A stretch of 63,893 bases of DNA, filler included, from Octopus bimaculoides (Eukaryota), in assembly GCF_001194135.2 (NCBI RefSeq). It is 8 parts of 7 records of this genome, joined end to end, with 100 filler letters (N's around TTAATTAATTAA, not from the genome) between each part and the next. Parts side by side here need not be neighbours in the genome. Positions count along the whole stretch, not along the records: positions 1 to 10,409 come from NC_068998.1; positions 10,510 to 15,440 come from NC_069002.1; 6 more parts are not named here. One strand, written 5' to 3'. This document shows positions 1-12,990 of this stretch, one piece after another. The position numbers and the translations under genes are program-made. The stretch's first letter is position 1, and each line of letters opens with the position of its first letter. The notes beneath the pieces are model-generated. The model was not told the DNA's origin. It saw nothing but the letters and a program-made list of their open reading frames with translations, and made no database searches.

Positions 1-17
1 TATATATATATATATAT

Positions 18-173
18 GGGAGAATATACAAATAATAACAACAGACGAGGACAGGTGGTGTAAATAACAAAAGTATATATTAGTATGACGCTCGGGAATA
101 CGGAAAGTCTCTGACGTTTCGAGCTACGCTCTTCAACAGAAAGAATACGGAGACAAGGAGAAAAACACGGAGA
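18..173 (-). mobile_element. ~155-bp non-autonomous PLE-terminus-like element carrying an HHR-like motif (copy 1)
   Basis: Aligns by eye with 23598-23752. Both start GGGAGAAT at a (TA)n junction and share TTAGTATRACGCTCGGGAA and ACGTTTCGAGC-CTACGCTCTTC. Confidence 0.6.
109..143 (-). ncRNA. minimal type-I hammerhead-like motif, CUGUUGA core variant
   Basis: Minus strand reads CUUU-CUGUUGA-A-GAGC-GUA-GCUC-GAAACGUC-AGAG: stem I (one G-U), stem II, palindromic ACGU stem III and a GUC site. Confidence 0.45.
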
Positions 174-649
174 TGTATGTATATACACACATATATACCC
201 ATGTATATCCACTCATATAGATATGAGAGAGAAAGAGAGAGAATGCGAGTGTGTGTTTGTGTGTGAGTGTAAAATACAGCTATACACAAAACCAGAAGAT
301 TATGAATAAATCAATAAACACATACTTACAAAACGGTATTCACATACAAACACGTTATCGTCCACTTCTCTGCAGTCATTAAAATACACCATGCCAAATA
401 CGCTAGCATAAACATGTACACCAAGCACGCAGAATCGTGTAGAATAAACCACATAAAGTCAGTCATACATTGATAAATATACACGAAAATTAATAATAAA
501 CACGTAAATAGACAAAGGAACAGCTACGCATACCTTTTCACACGATACATGTGCCCTCAGGTCTACTGGGGGAAAGCGAGGTTGTTCGTAAACATACACA
601 TATATTTCCTCGAATACACACACTTACTCGTTCTCACATTCACAATTTG

Positions 650-756
650 ATATTCACACATGTACGCGTATATCTATGTACCTATACATTCATCCATACA
701 TACTTGCATATATTATACATATATGTATATATATAATATGTATATATGCGTGTGTG

Positions 757-814
<58 letters not shown>

Positions 815-934
815 ACATTATGTATTATACACATGTTTTTTATATATTAAGAAATAGGAAGCTGTCAGAATTTTGGAGAATTCTTTATTTAGCGCTTTCG
901 TCTATTCGTGGGGACTCTTCTGATTTTTTGTATG

Positions 935-980
<46 letters not shown>

Positions 981-1045
981 TGTGTGTGTATGTATGTGTG
1001 TATGTATATATGTATGTATGTATTTATGTGTGTATGTATGTATAG
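650..1045. repeat. compound (TA)n/(TG)n/(TATG)n microsatellite field
   Basis: Read directly. It is representative of dozens of similar tracts across the window. Confidence 0.95.
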
Positions 1046-1852
1046 ACATATATACCTTTGTGTGGTGTGTGAGTCTATGTCCATTAATGTTTGTGTTAAT
1101 ATGACATACCGAGCGATTTGTACCAAACGAATGAAGATACACATTTAGATTTTGAGGCAGAAGTCACAGCAAAAAGCAATTTTTTTTTCTGCTGTTTCAG
1201 CCCAAAGCTAGCTTACTTGCAATTTTTGTTTACGTTGTATGAAATATGTTTACACAATATTTTTTAACCATTGGTTTCAGTTCAAACATGTGTTTTTGTG
1301 TTGTTCCGTGTCGGTGGAGGGGCCTGAATGAGAAAGAAATGCAGTGTAGACAGTATTTTAAATATATCCGAGATTGTGGAAAGAAAAGGCAATTATTATT
1401 ATTTTTTTTTTTTTTTTACAAACTGGGAACTGTCTAAACTCTCTCTAAGATAGTAGACCCAGCCGATGGCAAATAATGGCCGCACACTGACGTTAAACCA
1501 CGCGATGAATTAAATGGAAGTATATATAGAAATATATATATGTTTGTGTGTGTGATTGCGCGCGCATACTCATGTGTGCGTGCCTGTGTGTGTGTGTGTA
1601 TGTGTGTGTGTGTGTGTGTGTGTGAAATTCAACGTACGATTTCTACTGTACGAGTTAGTACTCCTTCTCGATTATCATTATCCACTCCGCTCCCAATACA
1701 GTCCTCCATCTACCACCGTACGTAATTTTGTTATGCATACACATGAATCTAAACTTATTTATGCTAATTTTCCCTATACACAGACACACGTACACACACA
1801 CATACACACCTACACACCTACATACACATATATTTATGTTGATATTTATTTA

Positions 1853-1884
<32 letters not shown>

Positions 1885-2317
1885 TTCTCATTGAACTCAG
1901 TTACATGTCCGTGTGTTCTATATTTCTGGTCGGTAGGCATTCTTGAAATCCATGGCCACCACTAATATAACTGAACCTAAGAAATATTTTGTAAACCGTA
2001 AATCTTCCATTCCTTCAAAACAGTGTTGACAGTTATCTTAATTTACATAAACTATTTTGACAAATATTATGACATTTTTCCACTGAAATCTTTTCAGATT
2101 GTCACTATAAAACACATTCAAAACATAGATTTTACTGCAACATTTTTACTGCCATTCGTATCAAACATATGTTTATTACTTCAGTCATTATGTCACTTTT
2201 TTTTTTCATTAAGCTACGGCAATGACGGTGAAAACAGTGACGGCGCTGTCTGAGAATGTACAGATACATTACCTGTTGAAAAACCAGAAGACTCAAAATG
2301 TAAAAGCTAAAACTTGT

Positions 2318-2491
2318 TGATTTCTTCATTATAAAGTTCTCAACTAAGAATTATTCATATAACAGTTTACATATATGCATAAGTATATATATATATACAT
2401 ATATACATATATGTATATATATATACTTATACATATATGTAAACTGTTATATAAATAATTCTTAGTTGAGAACTTTATAATGAAGCAATCA
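2318..2491. repeat. near-perfect ~85-bp-arm inverted repeat (fold-back)
   Basis: TGATTTCTTCATTATAAAGTTCTCAACTAAGAATTATT... is mirrored by ...AATAATTCTTAGTTGAGAACTTTATAATGAAGCAATCA, with 3 mismatches and one TA-unit indel. Confidence 0.9.
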
Positions 2492-2563
2492 GCTATCTAT
2501 TTATCAATCTCACTCTCTCTCTCTATCTCTCTCACTCTCTTTCTCTCTCACTCTCACTCTCTT

Positions 2564-2600
<37 letters not shown>

Positions 2601-2849
2601 CTTTATATGTATGAGTTCGGGATTCAATTGAATCAGGTACTTAGATGGTAAATCACCGGGCTGAGTCAAACCTGTTTGTTAGAGGAAAATATATATGTAG
2701 AAAGTTTGTCATATTTTCTTCTCTATAGTCCATACTGGCATACATTAAGCTACTCATCTCACCAATCAATGAAACCGTTGGAAATGATAGGAACAACAGC
2801 AAAATTTCTCAATGAAAACAAGAATGTTGCATTGAAAAACTAAGCCTTT

Positions 2850-3040
2850 TCACCCGAAATATATTGTAGGTTTCCGTCATAGGCCTCCTTGATGATATTG
2901 ATCAACTTTTCGCCATAAATTATGCCGAAAAATGTCCAAACTGACTCTCGTCATACGTATTAATATATCTACCTATGCTCACATTAAATATTTCAAAGCT
3001 ATATACTTGGATCTTTCTTCTCCTGATATGATTGTATTAT
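2850..3040 (-). mobile_element. highly decayed LINE reverse transcriptase fragment (RTE-like)
   Basis: Minus-strand translation RESVWTFFGIIYGEKLINIIKEAYDG resembles the RT segment R..LW..L...G.P.KLINIIK.LY.G. Confidence 0.4.
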
Positions 3041-6000
3041 ATTTTGAATATTCATAACCCTCTCTTGACACATACACACGTCTACAATATTCTTCCAGGT
3101 ATCTCAGATTCTCTTTGACAGTCGCTTTATTCTGTCACTAGAGATATTCTAATACACACATATTTCAAGATGTGGTTTGCACATACTGAATTTTGTCAAA
3201 AAATGATTAAAAAAATGTAAGGTTGGTGAATGTAGACAATCAGATTCTACATCACTTACAGAGTGTCTCTTTAATATTTACTTCGATTCATACAGCAACT
3301 ATGTGTTTGTATTAAATCCTGATATAGTTCTGCCATTAAGCAACTATACTACTTAAATGTCTATGTCTATCTGGAATCAAATCAACACATTCTTGCTGCC
3401 ATTATTGGGAACGATGTTTTTCGATATTGAAATTTGATTCATTCAATTCAAACACTATGACGTGTTGTGCCTGATGCATAAGCATCATCCATGATCCACA
3501 ATTCACATTATACTGTCTTCTAACAGTAAAGAATAACGTAGTTTGCGATTCCCAACAAAAGATGGGATGATTGTATTTGGAATGCCTTAGATCAAAGGTC
3601 AGCTTGATCAGGATTCACTTGGAAGTAAAAACAAAAGGATCATCACCTTTTAATTATAAGACAAACACCGAATACAGAAGTAATTTATAATTATACCAAA
3701 CGGCGCGTTCACTTTTAGATATTTTAAAGCTATCATAAATATATTGTCATTACTTGAAATCAGATTCTGTGCCATTAATTCAAAATTTTTTCTCCCATCA
3801 TCAGAACTTAGTCTATTCTCAGAAAAGCAACTTATCCAGACTTGTAGAAAAAAATTAATAAATAGACTATTATTTTTGAAAGTAGGAGAAAATAATATTC
3901 AAAAAAGAATTCAGTAACATTCTTCCTGAAATGCCATATAACACATCAATGATTAGAAGTAACATTGCACAATTTATTTCCAGGTATTAGTTAGTTCTGC
4001 TATTAAAGTTTTATATGCGACTCAGACTGAAGATTTTACGAGAAGCATAATAGTAAAAAAAAATAAAATTAACAAATAAGAAGAAAGCCATGAAAAATGC
4101 TGACTTCGTTGAGAGAAGTAGAAAATAACTTCTACAAATCTACGAATTTCAGTTCATATTCAAAGATTATACTGAAAGAGAAAGCATTCATGTAATTTTC
4201 TTGCTTTCTTACTGACATTCAAATTTTCTCTCAGACTTTGAACATACATATGTGTACCTGAACATTCACAGGATGCAGAGAAACCCACACGGGCGCGCTA
4301 ACACACATTCATGCATACCTTGGATCATAGCTTATGCAACACCTGCAAATTTCTTGAATTTTAGAAAGCAGTGTTGAAAATCATTGTGCAATTCTGTGTT
4401 TGTACGTGTGTGTGTGTGTGGAAGGGTGGATGTTCGTGTGAAGAGTGTGCGCATTACATTATTTTACTTATTTTATTTCTATATTCTTAAAACTATTCAC
4501 ATGCTTGTTTTCTTTGTATTTAAATTTCAAAGAAGTTATTTTCTATTTCTCGCAACGCGATTTTGTAATTTCACTCTCTGATTTTTCGTAAAATTCCAAT
4601 ACGAATTTCTTTTTCATCATGTTTGTTTTGCTACTATATTTTTAGTTTTTAAAAATAGTTGTTTTTTTTCAATTATAAAATTATCTCTGTAATTAGAAGG
4701 AACCTCATTACAGTGGGAATTATTTCCTTTCAAGATGGGTGATAAAATTTCCGGATAAAATGCTGAAACAAAGGAAATTAGAGATTGGATTACCCTTCAT
4801 AGAGATAATGGTGACTCGGAGTTATGTAGAAGGGTCACGACTACAAGAGCCAGTAGAGAAACAAAGAAATTAATAATAAAAGGCTTTCAAAAAATAGTCT
4901 GTTATTTTCCTTATCAAAACTCTTCCCCTTAAGTTCCCGTTAAGCTGTGCATAGATGTCCTGTCCCTGTTTAATCATTTGTATAGATTTAAATCCGGCGA
5001 ATAACCTAGTCTTTGAATCGATGGGCGAAGTAGAAGAGTGAATCATTGATGTAATTCTGACAGAAACTCAATTTGACACTGTGTGGTTGAAACTTCGTAT
5101 GAAATATACAGTCAATCCAATTGGCACGTGGTGTACTGATGACAAAGAAAGAAATTATGAACAGATTTCATTAGGTACATAAAGCATTATCGGTGTATTT
5201 CACACGTAAAATGAAAGTAAAAATGGCTAAGTCAAAAATTAAAACAAAAGTGCAGAAAACTATTGCTTACTTTGTCGTAATAAGTTTAGTATAGTAAAGG
5301 GTTATCAAAATTTGATAAAATTTTAATTTTAATTAATTTTAACTATTCTAATTAATTCTTTTTTCCTTTCATGTATGTATATTTCTGGCATACCCCTATT
5401 TTTCTCAAATATATTTCTTATACTAATTTCCCAACCCTTTCGAAATTGCATCTATTTTACCCCCAATCGAGTTATGTGTCTTTCCCCTATATTTGCACCA
5501 CCCACCCTTCACTTTCTCTTCCTTTTTCTTCCATAGCTATATTCTTCGTTGCCATCCAATACGTTCTTAAAATATTTCGCCATGTCTTCTAAAATTATCT
5601 CATTCGGTGATAGAATACGCTGTTCACAAAATTAAATATCTGTTAAAATTCTCCTCACGACAAACTAACCTTTAACACCAAAAACCACCACCAATCTCTT
5701 AGTATTCTAATGATTATATTTAATCTTGACGATCGTTTGGTTCGTTCTATTGATCTGATATCACCAGGTAAAAATTATCTATTAATTATTATTTTGAACA
5801 AGCGAGAATTTAAACAGTCTGTAGCTCATACTTGATATATTGGCGTCACTAACAAGGGTTATATTTCTATTAAATATGTCATAATTTATTGAACCATGTC
5901 ATTACAAATTCTATCTCTCCTTGACTCTCTGTAACTATTCCTGCTACCCTCTTATTTTCGATATATTGCTGACACACTCAGAGACACATACACGCTACAC

Positions 6001-6432
6001 CACTACATTATCTTGTCATACTTACACACACAAACGTTCACTGCCTTTCAAATTCTTCGGCTAGCCAAGCATTGAGCCAGAACAAATGTTCTACTTGCAA
6101 ATAAAACTCCATTTCTCTATCATCTTTTCTATATTTTCCTTTCTTTCTTTACTTCTTTCTTTCTTCTTTTCCTTCTTTCTTTCTTACTTTCCTCCTCACT
6201 TCTAGAAATTTATAAACTATTCACTGATCATGAAGTGGAAATTCCTCGTGTCAATTCTAATATCATTTCGACAAGTCACTGCAATAAATGAGGGATATTT
6301 AATCTTTACCAATAATTCTATAATGGCCTTCATTTTGTTAAATAGAAAGACCACGCACGCACATTTTAAATATTAATAATAGTGATAATAATTATATATA
6401 AATATATGAAAACGTGTATATCTATTATATAT

Positions 6433-6600
6433 CGGAGGTCTGATCAGTAAATGTCCGTACTGTTGCCATAGTAACGAAACTAAATTACGCAGAGTGGAGT
6501 CACTTGACAATGATTGACTTTCAACTCTGCTGTGCATGGGCACTAAGTTTTAACGTTCCAGCTCTCACTTCCGCTATTTACAGCTGCGCTTGGAAGGAAA
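6433..6600 (+). mobile_element. Tc1/Mariner-like terminal fragment
   Basis: CGGAGGTCTGATCAGTAAATGTCCGTACT follows a TA-rich run and resembles Mariner termini. No partner TIR or transposase is visible. Confidence 0.4.
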
Positions 6601-6774
6601 GTGTAAAAGGTGTGATCGTCCCATTGACTATGAATGTGCATACACACGCACACACATACACACACGCACACACATAAATATATGCATGTATATATGCATG
6701 TGTGTGTTTTTGTGTGTGTTTGTGTGCATAAATATATATGTTCATATTAATAATCATGTTCATGTATGTATATA

Positions 6775-6811
<37 letters not shown>

Positions 6812-8136
6812 NNNNNNNNNNNNNNNNNNNNNNNNNNNNNNNNNNNNNNNNNNNNNNNNNNNNNNNNNNNNNNNNNNNNNNNNNNNNNNNNNNNNNNNNN
6901 NNNNNNNNNNNNNNNNNNNNNNNNNNNNNNNNNNNNNNNNNNNNNNNNNNNNNNNNNNNNNNNNNNNNNNNNNNNNNNNNNNNNNNNNNNNNNNNNNNNN
7001 NNNNNNNNNNNNNNNNNNNNNNNNNNNNNNNNNNNNNNTAAACATAGACACGTAATACATAAACAAATAATTCTCCTGACAGTAGAATGACGTGAAGTAT
7101 TGTAAAAAAAAACTGTATATTTTAAAATTCTAATATAAAAATAAGTCTATATCTTAAAATTAGACAAAAAATATTGAAGCATTTCATAACATTTTGGTTT
7201 ATATAGTGAAGACAATTGTTGAAATAGCATTGAAATTTATGGTGATGTATTTGGATTGAAAAAAGAAACCTTGATTTACAAGTGCGTAGGTTTGCTATTC
7301 TTGAGATGATCTTTTTTGTTTTATCTCAGTACCCCTCTCTTTCTAACATGCTTTCTCTCTCTTCCCTTTATTTTCTATGCTTGAGTTTCAGTTGAACTTT
7401 TTTCGGTTTTTTCGTTTGCTACCTACTTTTGCACCATTACCGTATATCCTGGATGCAGTGGAACGGAGGAGTGCGATATTTAGTAGATTTACAATGTCTT
7501 TCATTCCATTATATTCAAGTAGACAATCAACTAATGTCTTGCCTGGAACAGCTAATAGAAATTAACGAACGTGTACAGACAATTGTTTAAGAACGTCGTC
7601 TTGAAAACATTACTTATTCGGTTTACAATCAGAGGGCATCATTTTTATAGAACATCATTTATGACATACTGTATTTTGGCTGAAGGTAGAGAGATGTGAG
7701 TTGCAGATGAGGCGGTCTTTAAAACAAATATTGGAGTAATATAAAAGATATGGTTTGTGTATGTGTTTTCTTTGTTTCATCTACAATAGGCGCTCAAGAC
7801 ATTAACTCTCTATTATAGCTATTAGAAAATTTATCTGGTAAACAAATATGCATTTATTTTCGTCTTTCGTCAACGTACATTTTTAAATGAGTAATTGTGT
7901 GTTAAATAGCTTTAAGCTATTGTCAGTCTCGTAAATGGAAAGTAATTACAACAAAAACTTTAACAACAAACATGACAATAACCAGCGTTTGATATTTGTA
8001 AAATTTGAAACAGAAATCATTAAATATAACTTAGGAAAAAATGTTATTTATTTTAATAAGTAATATTAACAAAGAAACGGAAAATTTTACAACATTTTTG
8101 TAATAAACTATTAAGCAACTAAGGAAATTAAAAGTA

Positions 8137-8185
<49 letters not shown>

Positions 8186-10361
8186 TTAAGACATCTACAT
8201 GTAAATTTATAATTTACGAGGATGGTGAAACTTCAATAGTTATTATTTACGTGCTTATAAGTTCATATATGTATGTTATTATTCCGTTTTCTTTCAAGAT
8301 ATCTTCCCAATGGATAGAAATAAAAACGAGAGATAGAATGAGAGGGAGGGTGAGTTTTTAGCTTAGAGCCGAGGATCTCTCGATGGAATTTTACCAACAT
8401 TAACAGGGTAGTTGCGTGTATGGGTGCAAACATTTGTTGTCACTACACATGCTGATGTGTATGTTTTTTTTTATGCCAGTATACTTATACTTACAGTTGT
8501 GTGACTAGACATGCATATCTACGCGTGTGCGAAATATAGCTGTCTTATTTATCATTGTATATGTACACAACACGTTCACATACTCACGTACATAATTAGA
8601 CACTCATATATACACATATAAACGCATATTGATTCTAAAGTATACACTCGTAATAGTCAATCAGCTTCTCTCATTTCATTCTAAAAACAAATCGATCTCA
8701 GTAGATAGGAATTTATAAGTCCGGTATTTATTCCATCAGCTCTTTTGCCAAATTATGTGAACATAAGCGAATCAAAAACTGATGTCAAACGTTGGACTGG
8801 TGAACGTGAAGATACTCACACAAACACACGCACACATACACATACCTACACACAAGCAACACTCACACAAACACACACATACAAACACATACGCACACAT
8901 ACACATATATACATACACCACGAGCATCCTCCGTATTGTATTAAGTCACAAGGAATTGGTCTGCCCCGGGCTATATTAGAGATCATTTTGCTTTAGGTGC
9001 CTCACAGTGGGACTGAACTGGAATGCCACGTGCTGCTAATCAAATGTTTTCTCCACAGAAACGTGTGTGCCTTGTTAATACTTTTGGGGGCATTCATTAT
9101 CGTATGTATGTTTGAGTTATTTAAAATCATGATCCTCATGTACATCCGAGTAGCCACATAATATTATTGTTTTCCCTATCTCATCTGTTTATAATTTAAA
9201 TAAATACTTTATAATTTCTCTTCCTTACATCAAGTCATAAAATTATATTCAAGAAAATACGTGGAGAATTTCAGAATTAACGCGAATTCTTTTGGTTAGG
9301 GTAAAAGCCTTAAGCTTTAACCTAAGGTGATGAATAAACATTATCATTCTATGAAAACATGCTTACAATATTTAGAGTTAACAGGGGCGTTCAGGTTATA
9401 GATAATGCTCAGGTGTAGCAAATATGTTGAAAGTTAATTTAACTTTTGGAGGTTACAATTTCAGTAAGAATGACGTGTCAGTGTTCAGAGATCTTACCAT
9501 TGCTGTCTTTTGAGACGTATGTAATTATATCTATCCCGATAAGTAATTTGTCAATGCTCTTACAGAAATTGTTACTTATCACTCAAGCTGTGCTGATTAT
9601 TATAATAACTGTGATAATGCAAACGTTATATAAATGTGATAAAGCTTTCAGTCCTATAGCTAAGTCGCTATAATTACTTAGCTTATCAGCTTGGTCTGCA
9701 GAACATGATTGTAACTTGACATTAGCAAATGCACGATCGTCACTTTATCCGGGAAAATGATTTCCGCTTATTACATAGTAATTTATAATCTACACATATA
9801 GTAAAATTCCGTAGCATTTTTACAATTTAATTTTCTAAGAGGTTGGATTGTCTTAAGGGTTCGAATGAACCATTTAACGCTGTTCATTTGCCAACTGCTC
9901 TTCTGCGCTTTTGAGACTCCAAATTTATCTTATCAAGAGTCACATAAGACATTCTGATACAACGTTCTGTATTTACTCTGGAAATACTCTTCGCAAACGA
10001 TATTATTTACCATGTGGTAACTGTTGCGCCACTTGCAAAGCCACAAATCAAGGTAATGATGAGGTAAATATAGGCATCAGCCTTCTAAGTTCTGCATTCA
10101 GTCATTTTCAAGGATGCTTTTTGCTTACGTGCAAGATGAGTGTTGCCAGAGGAATTTGCATATCTCTAGGTCTCAATACCCATCTTGTGATTTACAATTA
10201 TGAGGTGTGACCAACGAGTGCGGCAGAATTACAGGAGCTGAATATATGTGGCCAATTTCGAATCCGCAAATATTTCAAAAAACTACTTGGCTGGTGTGTA
10301 TTATCGATGCTGGATATTTTCAAAACAAGTTTACATGGAGTTGGATATATTATGTATGTAC

Positions 10362-10409
<48 letters not shown>

Positions 10410-10509
10410 NNNNNNNNNNNNNNNNNNNNNNNNNNNNNNNNNNNNNNNNNNNNTTAATTAATTAANNNNNNNNNNNNNNNNNNNNNNNNNNNNNNNNNNN
10501 NNNNNNNNN
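10410..10509. other. assembly gap placeholder: 44 N + TTAATTAATTAA + 44 N
   Basis: The same 12-mer sits inside 100-base gaps at 10454, 15485, 20778, 27438, 56044, 60529 and 62414. Confidence 0.95.
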
Positions 10510-11544
10510 ATATATATATATATATATATATACATGCATATTTTTATATATGTGTGTATATTTATTTCAAAATTATGTACATATATATATTTAATTCAAA
10601 AATAGATATGTATTTTTGTATATATTTATGTATATAGCATATATATATATATACATACATATATTTGAGTGCATATATATATATATATATGCATGTGTGT
10701 GTGTAGGAGTATGAGCATATTTCTGTGTGTGTACGTATATATATATGTTCCTGTATACATACATATATATCACACTTTCATACAGACGTTACATACTGTA
10801 ATACTTTTATATGCATGCACTACCAATACAAATACATATATATACATATGATACTATACATTCGTACATACCGACCTACTATATACACACATACATACAC
10901 AAACATGTACACAGTAGCACACACACACACATATATATATATACATCCGCCTATACGTTTATACATAGATGTATACAAACATATATGTACCGCTGAATTA
11001 TATACATCGTTTACGTTTTTTTAGAGTCGTCGTTACAAAGCTGGTAATTATCTAAGCAGCGAAAGCATAGGAAAGGAGATATAGAACTCTTGCTTGCAGC
11101 AATTATCGTCTTCTGCCGTGGAATGTTCGAAAAGAGGATTAGTTCCAAACAGAATATCAGGAACCAGAACCAAATAAGACCAAAACGAAACAAATAAAAT
11201 CGAGAGAAACAGCAATTCAAAATCTAAACAGATGCACAAATAAAGAAATAATACGTTACAAGATGGAAGTATTTGCATACACTTGTATACATAAATGAGC
11301 GTCTGTATGTACGTGTGTGGCGGTGTGTGCTTGTGTGTGTATGTGTGTAGACCAATATATAGATATTTGAATTAATAAGTAAATATGTAAACAGAGGAGA
11401 ACGAAATAAACAACAAAGAGATATTCCTAGTTCCTCTCTTTTATTTATATTTTTCAAGTAATATCTGTTTATCAAGGTATGTATATGTACGTGTGTGGTG
11501 TGTCACGGATCGGATAACTATGGCTGTACACAGACACACACAGT

Positions 11545-11607
<63 letters not shown>

Positions 11608-12215
11608 GCATAAGAGTATAGGACATATGCATGTTTACGTATATATATATATGTGTAAAGAAACGCTCACAAACGCATAATACGTAGAGATATATAGATG
11701 GATAGATTGATAGGTCGGTATGTGTGAGTTGTTAGCGTGCATGAGCTTGTGCGTTTGTGGCCTAGTTTGTGTAGCTGAAGTTGACAAATGATATCGAATT
11801 GTGAAGGTTAGCACAAATATAGTCTTAAAAAGGCCTTAAAAATCATAATACCAATTGCAATGATAGTATTAAAATTAATAATAATAATAATGATAATAAT
11901 AATAATAATAATAATAATAATATCGATGATGATGATGATGATAATGATGGTGATGCTGATGATGTTTATGGTGACGATGATGACTGTCGCGGTGTCGATG
12001 ATAACGATGATGGTGATGATGATGAAGGTCAAAGAATAACACATCCTGGTGACTGTAAGCTGTAAAAATGACGACATATCAAATACAAGATTATAATTAT
12101 TTACTGAAATAATAGAAAAAATAAAACAAACGATCAAATATTTAAAATATCGTAATAACATATCTGTCACCGATCGTTACACCTTAATATATCCATTATA
12201 TATAAAATCTTGCAA

Positions 12216-12297
<82 letters not shown>

Positions 12298-12302
12298 GAT
12301 AA

Positions 12303-12348
<46 letters not shown>

Positions 12349-12349
12349 T

Positions 12350-12432
12350 CTTTTATTCTTTTACTTGTTTCAGTCATTTCACTGCGCCATGCTGGAGCAC
12401 CGCCTTTAGTCGAACAAATCACCCTAGGACTT
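12350..12432 (-). mobile_element. 3' tail of SINE family D
   Basis: TTTTACTTGTTTCAGTCATTTCACTGCGCCATGCTGGAGCACC; related tails occur at ~57190, ~45940, ~27065 and ~23815. Confidence 0.7.
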
Positions 12433-12456
12433 ATTATATATATATATTACCGAAAT

Positions 12457-12890
12457 ATTGCTTTCTACTCTAGGCACAAGGCCCGAAATTTTGGGGGAGG
12501 GGCCAGTCAATGAGATCGACTCCAACTCGCAACTGGTACTTAATTTATTGACCCCGAAATGGTAAAAGGAAAAGTCGACCTCAATGGAATTTGTACTCAG
12601 TACGTAAAGACAGACAAAATACCGCTAAGTATTTCGCCCGGCGTGCTAACGTTTCTTATTTCTTTATTGCCGACAAGGGGCTAAACATTGGGGGGAGAAA
12701 CAAGGACAGACAAGGGGATTAAGTCGGTTACACCGACCCCAGTGCGTAACTGGTACTTAATTTATCGACCCCCGAAAGGACGAAAGGCAAAATCGACCTC
12801 GATGAAATTTGAACTCAGAACGTAACGACAGACGAAATACCGCTAAGCACTTCGCCCGGCGTGCTAACGTTTCTGCCAGCTCACCGCCTT
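12457..12890 (-). mobile_element. dimeric tRNA-derived SINE (family A), two units inside one TSD
   Basis: Two head-to-tail units share GAGTTCAAATT/GTCGA..TTGCCTTT. The 14-bp direct repeat TATATTACCGAAAT lies at 12443-12456 and 12891-12904. Confidence 0.85.
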
Positions 12891-12990
12891 TATATTACCG
12901 AAATGTTAACGTCAGACAGTGTTCAGATATCAGCAAAATTCAGGTTAGCTAAAATATGTGACATATTTCAGCTCACAAAATTATTTTGAG

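Noticed and set aside
551-1148. Many ORFs rich in YI, VC, HT, poly-I/V/T/Y or X (here and throughout)
   Set aside because: These are translations of microsatellites or N-runs with no protein signal.
10454-10465. TTAATTAATTAA recurring seven times like a regular motif or array
   Set aside because: It is centred in 100-base N-gaps (44+12+44 where counted) and has stops in all six frames, so it is an assembly spacer.
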